From the NCBI GenBank assembly GCA_903879985.1, contig CAIRNR010000006.1:32505-96504 (forward strand): a stretch of DNA of 64,000 nt. Reading direction: 5' to 3'. Positions 48,193 through 58,987 of the stretch are shown piece by piece; within the stretch, counting starts at the first letter, position 1; the number at the start of each line of letters is the position of its first letter. Under the pieces are notes generated by a model, which ran no database searches, was not told the origin of the DNA, and saw nothing but the letters and a program-made list of their open reading frames with translations. The translations under genes were made by a program, and so were the position numbers. The stretch is from an uncultured candidate division WWE3 bacterium (GTDB lineage Bacteria; Patescibacteriota; WWE3; UBA101185; UBA10185).

Positions 48193-50058
48193 ATGGCTAC
48201 AAAAGCTGCAAAAGACACAAAAAACGATTTTCAAAAAGTAAGTCTCAACGAATTTTTTAACATTACCAAATGGGTATTGTCTCTTTTGTTAGACATACAC
48301 CCTTGGGCTACCATTACCTACATCACAACTGCAGCCCTTGTCGGCGTTGAAGATTTGGTTTATACCTATATTTTCGCTAAAGCTATTGATCAGTTAATTA
48401 AAGTAGCGTCAACACCAAACGCGGCACTACCACAACTTTACCCATTTTTAGCCATACTTTTGATATATAACATTGCCGATACCGTACTTAGCTACGTAAA
48501 CAGTTACACGTCATTGGTTATAAGAACAGATAGTAGACCAAGAATTCGTCAAAAGTTTTATACAAAACTAAATACATTGGGTATTCAAACATTGGAACAG
48601 CCTGGAGTTAATGACAAAATATTTAGAGCAAACGACTATTTATCAAACGTAATTCCTTACCTGGAAAGTATTGTCAGATTAACAACCAGCATTTTTCGCG
48701 CTGTCACAGCAATGATAGTTTTCATATCTTTTATGCCAATATTGGCGGCATTACTCTTGGCTATAGCAATTCCATACGTCATATTTGATAAAAACATGAG
48801 AACAAAGATTTATCGCTTCGACTTTGAAAACACCGAAGGCAACCGAAAAGCTTCGAATGCAGCAAGCACATTGGTAACAAAAAACCAGCTCGAAGAAGTT
48901 ACCATTACAGGAATTTTTCCTTTCCTTGATAAAAAGTTTATTGAATATCAAAACTGGGCAAACAAAATACGACTCAACATTTTCAGAAACTGGCGTTTGG
49001 GAAGTCATTCATACGGCTTTGCCACCGACATATTTGCACTTGCAGCCTATGTTCAAATATTTGGAAAGCTAATTGCTAAAACTATTTCTGTAGGTGACAC
49101 AGTATTCTGGATGCGCGCCTTGGACATTATGCAAAGAGGTATAAATACAGCTTTTCAACAACTAAATGACTTACTAGAAACGTCACTTCAACTTAAAGAT
49201 ACATATACTTTATTTAACACAAAATCTGCATTTACTGATGGTGATGTAAACATTGGGCGTTTAGATAAAGGTCCTGAAATTGCGTTTAATAATGTGAAGT
49301 TTAAATATCCAGCTACAGAAAGATTTATATTAGACGGCATAAACTTGAAAATTAAAAAAGGTGAGAAGTTGGCAATAGTAGGACAGAATGGCGCCGGAAA
49401 AACCACATTAATTAAACTGATAAGTAAATTCTATCAAGCAAACGAGGGTGAAGTACTAGTAAACGGTGTAAACATTAACAGGATATCAGGAGCGTCTTTA
49501 GCCAATAATATGGGCGTACTATTCCAAGATTTTAACGTCTATTCCTACCTTTCTGTCAGAGAAAATATTTACGTTGGCGATACATCAAAACCCATTGATA
49601 ACGAAAACATAAAACTAGCCGCCGCTGCTGCCGACGCCAGCGAATTTATTGACCAATATCCAAACAAATACGATCAGATTTTGGGAGAAAGTTATAAAGG
49701 TGGCATAAGACCAAGTTCTGGCCAATGGCAAAAGTTAGCGTTAGCCCGATTCTTTTACCGAAACTCTCCATTGGTTATTTTTGACGAGCCAACCGCCTCG
49801 ATAGATGCCGTATCAGAATATAATATTTTTAATCGCATATATGAATTTTTTAAGGGTAAAACAGTCATTATTATTTCGCATAGATTTTCAACCGTACGCA
49901 ACGCCGACAGAATAGTGGTTTTAGACAAAGGACATATTGTTGAAGAAGGCACCCACGAGGAACTTATGGCTATGAAAGGAAAATACGCACACGGATTTAA
50001 ACTACAAGCTCAGGGATATCAAATAGGACAAGACGGCGTAGTCGACAAACAAGCCTAA
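48193..50058 (+). CDS. ABC exporter, fused TMD-NBD (MsbA-like half transporter)
   Basis: 6 TM segments, then GQNGAGKTTLIKLI (Walker A), SSGQWQKLALARFF (signature) and IFDEPTASID (Walker B). Confidence 0.8.
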   Translation: MATKAAKDTKNDFQKVSLNEFFNITKWVLSLLLDIHPWATITYITTAALVGVEDLVYTYIFAKAIDQLIKVASTPNAALPQLYPFLAILLIYNIADTVLSYVNSYTSLVIRTDSRPRIRQKFYTKLNTLGIQTLEQPGVNDKIFRANDYLSNVIPYLESIVRLTTSIFRAVTAMIVFISFMPILAALLLAIAIPYVIFDKNMRTKIYRFDFENTEGNRKASNAASTLVTKNQLEEVTITGIFPFLDKKFIEYQNWANKIRLNIFRNWRLGSHSYGFATDIFALAAYVQIFGKLIAKTISVGDTVFWMRALDIMQRGINTAFQQLNDLLETSLQLKDTYTLFNTKSAFTDGDVNIGRLDKGPEIAFNNVKFKYPATERFILDGINLKIKKGEKLAIVGQNGAGKTTLIKLISKFYQANEGEVLVNGVNINRISGASLANNMGVLFQDFNVYSYLSVRENIYVGDTSKPIDNENIKLAAAAADASEFIDQYPNKYDQILGESYKGGIRPSSGQWQKLALARFFYRNSPLVIFDEPTASIDAVSEYNIFNRIYEFFKGKTVIIISHRFSTVRNADRIVVLDKGHIVEEGTHEELMAMKGKYAHGFKLQAQGYQIGQDGVVDKQA

Positions 50059-50115
50059 TTTTAAATATAACCCAGTTTCTGCTACAATCGCACGTAATCA
50101 ACCAAAGGAGAACAT

Positions 50116-50403
50116 ATGGAAGGCTTAAAGTGGAGTTGGTACTGTATCAAAATGCTCGTACACCGGCGATCGTTTTGGGTTGGCGGCATGTTAATGTTTC
50201 TGTTGGGGCTTCTTGCAATTTTTTACGTTTACTGCGTCAAACCACAGAGCATGGTTTTTTCTTACCTACAAGGATGGTACGCCGTAGTAGCCGGGATATT
50301 TTGGTTATATCTCTCAATGATGCTCGGAGGCTTTCTTGGAGTTGAAATCAAGGATGAAGCTCAACGGGCATGGGAACTGGAACAGGAAGAAAGAGGATTG
50401 TAA
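50116..50403 (+). CDS. Small membrane protein, hypothetical
   Basis: AAAGGAGAAC RBS; two TM helices. Confidence 0.3.
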   Translation: MEGLKWSWYCIKMLVHRRSFWVGGMLMFLLGLLAIFYVYCVKPQSMVFSYLQGWYAVVAGIFWLYLSMMLGGFLGVEIKDEAQRAWELEQEERGL

Positions 50404-50462
50404 AAGCAAAACAAAAAGCGCGCAGATAATTTAAAATGTCTGTGCGCTAATTTCTTTTAAGA

Positions 50463-52337
50463 CTACTTTTTTAAAGTAATTCCAAACTCTTTTGCTAACA
50501 TTCCCACGATGTTCTCGCGAATAGTCTTGGTATCTTCACTTGTTATCTGCTTATTTCGATCCAAAAATTCAAACGATAAAGTGAGAGCGTTTTTATATAA
50601 GTCTTTAAATTCTATTTTCTCGTTACGGGAATCTACACTTTTTATCTTTAAAATAATATCCGCGTAATATTCTGTGCCTTTAACCTCAAAAGTCATGTCC
50701 TCTTTAATAGCGTTGAAATGTGTAACAGGTGTGTATGTTCCGGTATTTTTGGCCAACAAAACCATTTCTTCAAAAGGTAATTCAACACCATAAACGTTTT
50801 TTCCGTAATCTTTAATTTCAACCTGAGAAAAACCCGTTATACGCATTTCGGCATAAATGGCTTCAACAATTCCTTTAACGTTCAAATAATCCAAACCTTT
50901 TGTAACAAGAGCAAGTCGCAACGGTTGCGCTGGCAAAGTTCCAGAGACCTTATGATATGTGCTGGCCAACTCGAAAAGTTTAATCTTATCGGAGTATCCT
51001 TGGTTTTTGTCCATAACCTCTTTTAACTGAGGCAACAAAGATGTTTTCAAACTAGTTAAGTCTTCGTTTAACGGATTCGCAATTTCAACAGGATCGCTAC
51101 CAGCTAACTTTTTAGTTGTCATGGAAGTAGTGTAAATTTCAAAGAAACCTAAATTCTTTAACATGTCCTTTATACGATCTTCCCAATAAAATGAGGGTGA
51201 AGCACTTGTAAGTGGAATTGGTGTACTTAATAATGTGTTGGGCAATTTGTAATAACCATAAAGTCTAATAACTTCTTCGGCGAGATCTTCGGCAATATCA
51301 ATGTCGTCATATCTCCAAGATGGAACTAAAACCTTACCATCTCTTATAACAAAGCCTAAATCCATTAAGGATTGTTCAGCTGTTTTTTTATCTATTTCTA
51401 TACCGGCAACGTAGTTTATGCGTGCATAATCAAACGCAACCATTTTTTCTGGCTTACTCACATTCACAATATCAATAAGTGGTGAGGAAACACGTGCGGC
51501 AGCGGTTTGTTGTAACATTTCGACAGCTTCCCAAAGTGCCGGTAAAATACCAGCTGTATCAATTCCTTTTTCAAAACGTAAGGCAGCTTCGGTTCGATGA
51601 CCCAAACTCATACTAGCTTTTCTAATTCTTTGAGGGTCGTATTCTTGAACAAATAACAAAACTTTTTTGGTGTTCTCGTCGACTTCACTGTTTTTAGCAC
51701 CCATGATTCCGCATAAATCAATTAAACGACCATCGCCGTCTTCAATAACAATGACGCCTGCGGGCAATACTCGTTTAACACTGTCCAAAGTGATAACTTC
51801 TTCACCTGCTTTTGATTCGCGAACAATCATTTTGTGACCACCAATTTTGTCGTAGTCAAATGCATGCATTGGTTGGCCTTTATCAAACATCATGTAGTTT
51901 GTAACATCGATAACATTGTTAAGTGCTCTTGTACCAACTTTTAGTAACCTTTGGTGAGTTAGAGTAGGGGACTGTGCAATTTTTATGTTGTCCAAAACTA
52001 CAGCGCTAAATCGTGGAACCAAAGTTGGATCTGTTATAACAACTTCAAGTTTATCGGTTGTACCTTCGGATACTTTTAAGGCGCGCTGTTCAATCCATTC
52101 AGCTTTAAAACCTTGGCGGGGCAACACAGCTTTGAGTTCACGAGCAATTCCCAAAACGGACAAAGCATCACCTCTGTTAGGAGTAATTTCTATTTCGAAT
52201 AGAGAATCACCGTCTTCTGATTTTATTATTTTTTCGCATGAAAAAGCGTGTAACGACAAAGCGTTAGCGATATCAGCAGGTTTAGCGTCGGTCTTTATAT
52301 AATCCAATAACCATGAATGTGGAATTAGTACGTTCAT
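50463..52337 (-). CDS. pheT: Phenylalanine--tRNA ligase beta subunit (short form)
   Basis: Adjacent to and co-directional with pheS. B3/4 and B5 region motifs; about 620 aa. Confidence 0.8.
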   Translation of the reverse strand: MNVLIPHSWLLDYIKTDAKPADIANALSLHAFSCEKIIKSEDGDSLFEIEITPNRGDALSVLGIARELKAVLPRQGFKAEWIEQRALKVSEGTTDKLEVVITDPTLVPRFSAVVLDNIKIAQSPTLTHQRLLKVGTRALNNVIDVTNYMMFDKGQPMHAFDYDKIGGHKMIVRESKAGEEVITLDSVKRVLPAGVIVIEDGDGRLIDLCGIMGAKNSEVDENTKKVLLFVQEYDPQRIRKASMSLGHRTEAALRFEKGIDTAGILPALWEAVEMLQQTAAARVSSPLIDIVNVSKPEKMVAFDYARINYVAGIEIDKKTAEQSLMDLGFVIRDGKVLVPSWRYDDIDIAEDLAEEVIRLYGYYKLPNTLLSTPIPLTSASPSFYWEDRIKDMLKNLGFFEIYTTSMTTKKLAGSDPVEIANPLNEDLTSLKTSLLPQLKEVMDKNQGYSDKIKLFELASTYHKVSGTLPAQPLRLALVTKGLDYLNVKGIVEAIYAEMRITGFSQVEIKDYGKNVYGVELPFEEMVLLAKNTGTYTPVTHFNAIKEDMTFEVKGTEYYADIILKIKSVDSRNEKIEFKDLYKNALTLSFEFLDRNKQITSEDTKTIRENIVGMLAKEFGITLKK

Positions 52338-52338
52338 A

Positions 52339-53376
52339 TTAAAACTGCTCCAAAAACTTTAAATCATTACCAAGTAAATGTCTTATATCATCAATGCGTG
52401 TTCCGGATTTCATCATGTATACGCGCTCTACGCCCCAGCCAAATGCAAACCCACTGTATTGTGTAGGATCAACTCCTCCGGCTATTAAAACGTTAGGGTG
52501 AACCATTCCTGCGCCACCTAACTCAAGCCAGCCACCTTTACACAACTTGCAACCAACGCCTCCACAGATTCCACAAGAAATATCAATTTCAAAACTCGGT
52601 TCAGTAAATCTAAAGTCGTAAGGACGCAAACGAATTTGGCGATCAGGCCCGTAAAAGTTTTTAGCGAAGTAGTTTAAAACGCCTTTTAAGTGAGAAATAT
52701 TAATTCCTTTATCTACAACTAATCCTTCGAACTGAAAGAATGTTGGATTGTGACTAATATCGGATTGGCGGCGTCCGCATCGTGAAATATTTAACATGCG
52801 TATTGGTAAGTCGCCTTTTAACATTTCGCGGATTTGTCCGTTTGAAGTATGTGGAGTAATAACTTGTCGGCTCATTTTTGGGTCAACAGGCGCGTCTATG
52901 AAAAAGGTTTCCCACTCATCACGTGCCGGATGTGTTGCCGGAATATTTAATGCTTCAAAAGCGTAATATTCCCAATCAATTTCCGGATGACGAACGCGGG
53001 TAAAGCCTAATGGTTTAAACACTTCCACAATTTCGCGAATTGCTTGAGTTGTAACATGTAAGTGACCGATCTCAGGTTTTTTTCCAGGAAGTGTTTTAAC
53101 AAAATCTTCTAGAGAATCCGCTTTATGTTGGGTTGAAAGTTGTTCGGTAGCCAAAGCCAAGCCTGTTTCCACTTCCTGCTTTATTTCGTTTATAACCAAA
53201 CCAACTTGTTTTTTATCTTCAACGGAAAGTGATGCTAACTCCGCGGTAAGGCGTTTTAGTACGCCATTTTTACCGAGAAATTTTACACGCAGGTTTTCAA
53301 TCGCCGCCAAAGAATCAGCTGTTTTAAGTTCTTCTTTTATTTCGTTTTTGGCTAGTGAAAGACTGGACAAATCCAT
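52339..53376 (-). CDS. pheS: Phenylalanine--tRNA ligase alpha subunit
   Basis: Class II core FRFTEPSFEIDI...GWLELGGAGMVHPNVL...GFAFGWGVERV. Confidence 0.85.
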   Translation of the reverse strand: MDLSSLSLAKNEIKEELKTADSLAAIENLRVKFLGKNGVLKRLTAELASLSVEDKKQVGLVINEIKQEVETGLALATEQLSTQHKADSLEDFVKTLPGKKPEIGHLHVTTQAIREIVEVFKPLGFTRVRHPEIDWEYYAFEALNIPATHPARDEWETFFIDAPVDPKMSRQVITPHTSNGQIREMLKGDLPIRMLNISRCGRRQSDISHNPTFFQFEGLVVDKGINISHLKGVLNYFAKNFYGPDRQIRLRPYDFRFTEPSFEIDISCGICGGVGCKLCKGGWLELGGAGMVHPNVLIAGGVDPTQYSGFAFGWGVERVYMMKSGTRIDDIRHLLGNDLKFLEQF

Positions 53377-53440
53377 AGTGCTATTCTATCGCGTTCCCGA
53401 TGCATCGCCAATAAGAAAAGTTTACGCCACACTGGCGCAT

Positions 53441-56137
53441 TTACTGAGCTGAATAACCTACAACCTGTAATTTAACAGTATCACTTCCTTTGTTACCACT
53501 CTTATCTTCAGCCGTAGCTTCAAACTCATGTGTACCAATATCGCCAGCAGAAAGGTCAAAGCTGTAACCATAAGGGGCGCTGGAATCATCTGCAATCTTT
53601 TTACCATCCATATAAATTCGGACTTGTTTAAGTTTGTTGTATGCTGAAACTTCAATATTAAGTCTGAATTTTAAACTGACTTTGTCGTTATCATTTACCC
53701 CAACTATTTTTACGCCAACATTATCCTGATTTGTAACATCGCTGCCATCAAATTCAAGTTGAGAAGTCATTTGAGGTGGGAAGTACTTTGTATCATCCTT
53801 GTAATTTTCCTTTACCCAAGAGTCAGCCGCAGATTGCCACTCGGTATATGGAGCTGTTATCTTTACGAAGTTTTTAACACTTGTCTCGTCGGCATCTTTG
53901 CATCCTTGGTTAGCTAAACGCCCGTCAATTTTACAAACTTCTAGTTTTTGATACCAATCACTTTTAGCTGTTGGTTCCGTACCTTTTACAAACCACTCAG
54001 GTCTGGTTGGGAAATCTTCATAAGGTAAACCACCGGTTAAAGTATCTACTGTAATTTTTTGAACATCCGCAGGTGGGTCGAATTTTTCTACAGGTTTATC
54101 GGCAAGGTATGTTTTCATGAAAGTATTCCAAATTGGTGAAGCTCCTGAGATACCTGACGCAACATAAGGATTCATTTTGTCGTTATTACTATTACCAACC
54201 CATACACCAACTACTACCGAAGGCGTATAGCCAATTGCATAGTTGTCACGTTTATCATCAGTAGTTCCTGTTTTAACAGCAACTTGGCGACCCGAAATAT
54301 TAAGTAAACTACCAACGCCAAATACGGCACTTCGTGCGCCATCGTCAGACAAAACATCCGAAATTATAAAGGCAACTCCTTCGTCTAAGGCCTTTACACC
54401 TTGAGCCTGGGGTTTATAAATAACTTTTCCACTTGGGTCATCAATTTCAATAATTGGTGTAGGAGGATGATACAAACCTTTATCGGCAAAAACGGAATAA
54501 GCGTTTGTTAGCTCGAGTAGTTTTGTTTCACCACCGCCCAAAGTTAAGGCCAAACCATAACGGCTTGGATCGGTAAATGTGGTTATTCCCATTTTTTGAG
54601 CCTGCGCAATCATGTTACTAATTCCGGCAATCTTTAAAGCTTCTACAGCAGGAATATTTTCAGAATTTCCCAAAGATTTACGTAAAGACATAACACCTTG
54701 ATAAGTTCCTTCATAGTTCTCTGGAATATATGGTTGATCCGGAGCTGCGCCTTCAAAAGCAATTGGAACATCTAAAAATGGATAGGCGGCTGTATAACCT
54801 TGTGAAAGCATTGTTGCGTAAGTTATTGGTTTTATTGCAGATCCCGGCTGTCGTTTTGATATCGCAACATTAACGTACGGATCAAACGTACAACTGTTAT
54901 CGCCAGTTGTTCCCGAAACACATCCTGCAGGTTGAGGATCAAGATTGTAGCCTTTAGAACCAACCATCGCTAATATTTCACCGTTTTGAGGATTGATAAC
55001 AACCATGGAAGCATTCCAAATGTTTAAGCTTTGAGAAGATTTAGTTAATTCGTTGGTTATCGTGTCTTGCGCCAAATTCTGTGCAGTCATATCTAGAGTC
55101 GTTTTAATTTTAAGTCCGCCTTTTTCAACAACATCAGATCCAAGTAAGTCGGCTGCATATTGTTTTGCGTAATAAATAAAATGAGGTGCCGCTAAAGGAA
55201 CACGTTCAGTTTGGAAATTTAATTTTTCTTCTTTGGCTTTGTTATAAGCATCATCACTTATGAAAAAACGCTTTCCATCGGGACCAAGCCATCCGTGATC
55301 ATGCATTAAATACAAAACGTAATCTTTTCTGGCTAAACCAGCTTCGGGATTACTACCAAACTGAGAATAATAACTTGGACTTTGGGGTAAGCCCGCTAGG
55401 TAAGCAGCTTCGGCTAAAGTTAAATCTGCAGGAACTTTGTTAAAGTAAGCTTTAGCGGCAGAGTAAACTCCGTAGTTCTGGCCACCATATGGCGTTTCGT
55501 TTAAGTACATTTGTAAAATCTGATCTTTACTATAGCGACTTTCCAACTGCAAAGACAAAATAAGTTCTTTTATTTTTCTGGTGACAGTTTGTTCTTGAGA
55601 TAGGAGAGTATTTTTAATAACCTGCTGAGTTAAGGTAGAACCACTTTGCAAACTTCCACCAAAGAAAATGTTTTTGGCCGCACGAGCCATACCAACTATA
55701 GAATAGCCTTGGTGTGTATAAAAAGATGCGTCCTCAGTCGCTAAAGTAGCGTGTTGCATATCAGTAGGAATTGATTGCATGGTTACAAGCGTTCTGTTTT
55801 TGTCGCCATAAACTTCGTAAATTAAGTTGTCGTTTCGATCGTAAAAACGTGTTGAGAGCTCTAAGCTTCTTTCGAGCAAAGTGTTTGGATTAGGCAAGTC
55901 GCGCGAAAAATAAGCAAAAACAAAAATTACACCCACCAAACCTATGACCATTACCGAGAAAACAAATGTTGATAGATAAGTGAGTATTCTAAGTTTAGTT
56001 GTACCTAAATGCTTAAACGAACGTCTGGAAACGCTATCGGCATTTTTTTTAATGGTTCCTATATGTGTGTCTAGCCCGAGATTGTTTAAAAACTTTAATC
56101 TTCTGCGACTAAAAAATCCGCCTGAAACTTTTGGCAT
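53441..56137 (-). CDS. Class A penicillin-binding protein (transglycosylase plus transpeptidase) with a C-terminal extension
   Basis: GT51 motif LATEDASFYTHQGYS; transpeptidase SAIKP (SxxK) and KTGTTDD (KTG); a C-terminal domain of about 150 aa beyond the TPase. Confidence 0.85.
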   Translation of the reverse strand: MPKVSGGFFSRRRLKFLNNLGLDTHIGTIKKNADSVSRRSFKHLGTTKLRILTYLSTFVFSVMVIGLVGVIFVFAYFSRDLPNPNTLLERSLELSTRFYDRNDNLIYEVYGDKNRTLVTMQSIPTDMQHATLATEDASFYTHQGYSIVGMARAAKNIFFGGSLQSGSTLTQQVIKNTLLSQEQTVTRKIKELILSLQLESRYSKDQILQMYLNETPYGGQNYGVYSAAKAYFNKVPADLTLAEAAYLAGLPQSPSYYSQFGSNPEAGLARKDYVLYLMHDHGWLGPDGKRFFISDDAYNKAKEEKLNFQTERVPLAAPHFIYYAKQYAADLLGSDVVEKGGLKIKTTLDMTAQNLAQDTITNELTKSSQSLNIWNASMVVINPQNGEILAMVGSKGYNLDPQPAGCVSGTTGDNSCTFDPYVNVAISKRQPGSAIKPITYATMLSQGYTAAYPFLDVPIAFEGAAPDQPYIPENYEGTYQGVMSLRKSLGNSENIPAVEALKIAGISNMIAQAQKMGITTFTDPSRYGLALTLGGGETKLLELTNAYSVFADKGLYHPPTPIIEIDDPSGKVIYKPQAQGVKALDEGVAFIISDVLSDDGARSAVFGVGSLLNISGRQVAVKTGTTDDKRDNYAIGYTPSVVVGVWVGNSNNDKMNPYVASGISGASPIWNTFMKTYLADKPVEKFDPPADVQKITVDTLTGGLPYEDFPTRPEWFVKGTEPTAKSDWYQKLEVCKIDGRLANQGCKDADETSVKNFVKITAPYTEWQSAADSWVKENYKDDTKYFPPQMTSQLEFDGSDVTNQDNVGVKIVGVNDNDKVSLKFRLNIEVSAYNKLKQVRIYMDGKKIADDSSAPYGYSFDLSAGDIGTHEFEATAEDKSGNKGSDTVKLQVVGYSAQ

Positions 56138-56256
56138 AGTCCTTAGATTTTATCATTTACAAGAGTGGTGCGCCAATGCGGTAAAGGGCTTGTTGACGGT
56201 CACTTCCCATAGTAATACAATGCAGGGACAATTCATTCTAGTAAAAGGAGAGTGTT

Positions 56257-56577
56257 ATGTTAGATGCTGTTGTATTAGGCACGAAATCTACAAGCATCAC
56301 CGAGAAAAATCGAACGTCACAAAAAATCCTGTTCGATATTACCGGGGTGCCTGCACGATCGGTGGGTAATGTTGGCAATAAAGCTGAAGTTACCATTGAA
56401 GGCAAAAAGCCAACCGTTGGAAACAACCCCTGCGGATGCACAAAGGTTGTTATGATTAAGAATCATAAAGGCCGTTGGGAATTAACTCCGGAAGCATTGT
56501 TGAAACTTGCAAAATGCTTCAAAGGCCACGCAAACGAAATCGGCGAGCATATCCTGGCAACCGCCAACAGCGCGTAA
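56257..56577 (+). CDS. Hypothetical small protein
   Basis: AAAGGAGAG RBS 7 nt upstream; a strong terminator immediately downstream. Confidence 0.45.
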   Translation: MLDAVVLGTKSTSITEKNRTSQKILFDITGVPARSVGNVGNKAEVTIEGKKPTVGNNPCGCTKVVMIKNHKGRWELTPEALLKLAKCFKGHANEIGEHILATANSA

Positions 56578-56600
56578 AATTGACATCATTGTAGTGAACT

Positions 56601-56639
56601 AATCCGTCTTTTAACAAAATTAAAAGGCGGATTTTTTTG
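56601..56639 (+). terminator. Rho-independent terminator
   Basis: AATCCGTCTTTT...AAAAGGCGGATT stem followed by TTTTTTT. Confidence 0.6.
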
Positions 56640-56692
56640 TTGTATTAGACTAAAATATTGGTAACACAATATCAGTTGTAAGAGAGGGTACT

Positions 56693-56905
56693 ATGCGAAA
56701 AGCAACGACGCTTAAGAGTTTTTCGTTTGGGAGTAGGGGAACCGAATTAATATTCACAGGTTTCCAGTTAAGAAGGAACCAAATTGTCCGTTTAGGTAAC
56801 ACTGGCTGTTTTGTCCGCGTAATAAAAGGACCAACACCTGTAACCGGAGAAAATGGAGAGCACACTATCATGTACACGGTATCTAGGAATTTATGTGAAA
56901 AATAG
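56693..56905 (+). CDS. Hypothetical small protein
   Basis: GAGAGGG RBS; a CCCGC...GCGGG hairpin plus T-run follows. Its overlap with minus ORF 56650..56922 is unresolved. Confidence 0.3.
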   Translation: MRKATTLKSFSFGSRGTELIFTGFQLRRNQIVRLGNTGCFVRVIKGPTPVTGENGEHTIMYTVSRNLCEK

Positions 56906-56987
56906 GTTCCTAAAATAACCACCCGCTTTTTAAAACAAGGCGGGTCTTTTTATCCAAAATCATTCACCGTTCTGATATACTATTGTC

Positions 56988-58202
56988 ATGTCTACACCAA
57001 CATCAAAAGTCAGAACAGATCCGGAACTAATTGAAAAATTTCTCACCCGTGGTGTTGATACTGTTTATCCAACAAAAGAAGCTTTACGAAAAAAATTAAT
57101 GTCAGGCGAAAGAATCCGAGCATATCAAGGTTTTGATCCAACTGGTCCTTTTTTACATATGGGACATGCTATGGGAATCCGAGCTTTGAGAATCCTTCAG
57201 GAACTCGGTCACGAAGTTATATTTTTAGTTGGTGACTACACATCAAAAGTGGGTGATCCCGATAAACGTCGCGAGATAATGTCTGATGAAGCTATTCACA
57301 AGAATGAAGAAGGTTGGAAAACACAGGCGTCACAAATAATTAACTTTGAAGGCGAAAACCCGGTTCAATTTAAACATAACTTTGAATGGCTATCGAAACT
57401 CACACTTCACGACTTAATTCACTTAATGTCTAATGCCACAGTTCAACAAATGGTTGAGCGCGATATGTTTCAACGCCGACTTGCCGAAAACGATCCAATT
57501 AGATTGCAGGAATTTATATACCCGTTGATGCAAGGTTATGATAGTGTCGCCATGGATGTTGATTTAGAGATTGGCGGAACAGACCAAACATTTAATATGT
57601 TAATGGGACGAGAGCTTGTGAAAAAATACAACAACAAAGAAAAGTTTGTGAGAACAAATGAAATCATGGAAGCACCTGACGGATTGATCATGAGTAAAAC
57701 AAAGGGTAACGGGATTAATTTGGGTGATACATCCGAAGATATTTACGGCAAAGCCATGTCGTACCCGGATAACTTAATTTTACGCGCGATGAAATTGTTA
57801 ACGGACATTCCAATGGAAAATATTGCAGACGCCGAAGCTCAAATGAAATCAGGTGAAAACCCAATGAAGTTTAAAAAGATTTTGGCATATGAACTTGTAA
57901 AAATGTTACGTGGCCAAGCTGATGCCGAAAAAGGTGAAAAACATTTTGAAGCAGTTGTTCAGAATAAAACAGCAGATCTTGATGGCGCAACAGAAGTTAA
58001 CTTAACCGGAAATATGCAATTAGTTGAAGCTTTAAAGCGTGCCCTTGGAGATACGGAATCTGCAAGCAACATTAAACGCTTGATAGAGCAGGGTGGGGTA
58101 GAGGTAGATGGAAAAAAGGAAGCCAATCCTTTTGCAGAAATAACTTTTAAAACAGGAACAATTGTAAAATTTGGAAAAAGAAAGTATTTTAAGGTTGTAT
58201 GA
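56988..58202 (+). CDS. tyrS: Tyrosine--tRNA ligase
   Basis: YQGFDPTGPFLHMGH (HIGH), VGDPD, KMSKS-like IMSKTKGNG, and a C-terminal S4-like domain. Confidence 0.8.
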   Translation: MSTPTSKVRTDPELIEKFLTRGVDTVYPTKEALRKKLMSGERIRAYQGFDPTGPFLHMGHAMGIRALRILQELGHEVIFLVGDYTSKVGDPDKRREIMSDEAIHKNEEGWKTQASQIINFEGENPVQFKHNFEWLSKLTLHDLIHLMSNATVQQMVERDMFQRRLAENDPIRLQEFIYPLMQGYDSVAMDVDLEIGGTDQTFNMLMGRELVKKYNNKEKFVRTNEIMEAPDGLIMSKTKGNGINLGDTSEDIYGKAMSYPDNLILRAMKLLTDIPMENIADAEAQMKSGENPMKFKKILAYELVKMLRGQADAEKGEKHFEAVVQNKTADLDGATEVNLTGNMQLVEALKRALGDTESASNIKRLIEQGGVEVDGKKEANPFAEITFKTGTIVKFGKRKYFKVV

Positions 58203-58332
58203 TCGAACTTAAAAGAACATTAAGAAAAATCTGGAAAAAAATAACCAAGCGCGAATTTTTGTACAAAACGCTAATTATTGTTAGTTCATTAGCGTTAATC
58301 GCGACTTCGGTATTACCTTATATTTTAAGATA

Positions 58333-58364
58333 AAAGCCTCAGTTGTTTAGTCTGAGGCTTTTTG
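58333..58364. terminator. Bidirectional terminator hairpin
   Basis: AAAAGCCTCAG ttgtttagt CTGAGGCTTTT; paralogous to the hairpin at 58929. Confidence 0.55.
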
Positions 58365-58365
58365 A

Positions 58366-58605
58366 TTAACATCCCCCGTCATTATCTTCCATCCGGTACT
58401 CAAAGTTGGTGTTCAAAACAGCCCAGGATACAGAAAGTATTATGCATACATAGTTCTTAAGTTTCTCAGGAATTTCTACCACGAACGAAAAACCTTCTTG
58501 AGAGCTATCCTGCTTTACTTCCACAAGCGAACCCGGGTACATATTGCGCACCACACCAGCTACACCAAGAGCGGTCTCTTCGGTCTTTACAAAAAGTTGC
58601 ATCAC
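58366..58605 (-). CDS. Hypothetical small protein (second gene of a 2-gene operon)
   Basis: AAGGAGAAG RBS; 16-nt gap after the upstream gene. Confidence 0.3.
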   Translation of the reverse strand: MMQLFVKTEETALGVAGVVRNMYPGSLVEVKQDSSQEGFSFVVEIPEKLKNYVCIILSVSWAVLNTNFEYRMEDNDGGC

Positions 58606-58621
58606 TTCTCCTTACTTCTTT

Positions 58622-58855
58622 TCAGGCATAAGCCGGAACTTGAACAACCTGGCCGCTGACGATCTTGCCCAAGCGATAAACATGGCAAAACGTCCTGAAG
58701 TCGGCCTGAACTGCGACGTTTATAGAATATACAAAATACACGCCACAAGCCCGGTAAATATTCTGGTTCCTTAATATGGGGTTGGTAACTCTCCGATTGT
58801 TGTTGTATGCCAAAATGGCATCTTCAGCCTCTTGTAGTGAACTAAACTCAACCAT
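58622..58855 (-). CDS. Hypothetical small protein, paralog A
   Basis: Perfect SD AAGGAGGAG 5 nt before the second in-frame ATG (MVEFSS...). The ORF-track start at 58870 lies inside the SD. Confidence 0.4.
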   Translation of the reverse strand: MVEFSSLQEAEDAILAYNNNRRVTNPILRNQNIYRACGVYFVYSINVAVQADFRTFCHVYRLGKIVSGQVVQVPAYA

Positions 58856-58928
58856 TTTCTCCTCCTTCATCTATTCGTACACGGTTTATATCAATTAAGG
58901 AAATAATAGCATGGTTTTAAAAAGAGTT

Positions 58929-58955
58929 AAGCCCCAGGTGTTTGGTCTGGGGCTT
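58929..58955 (-). terminator. Terminator hairpin for paralog B
   Basis: AAGCCCCAG gtgtttggt CTGGGGCTT, followed on the minus strand by AACTCTTTTTAAAA. Confidence 0.5.
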
Positions 58956-58987
58956 AGGTAAAAAGTTCCAAGTAGGTCATGATGTCC

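Noticed and set aside
53458-56441. Small minus- and plus-strand ORFs inside or overlapping the PBP gene (53458-53655, 55980-56369, 56238-56441)
   Set aside because: They are embedded in, or antisense to, a motif-rich 898-aa PBP and lack RBS support.
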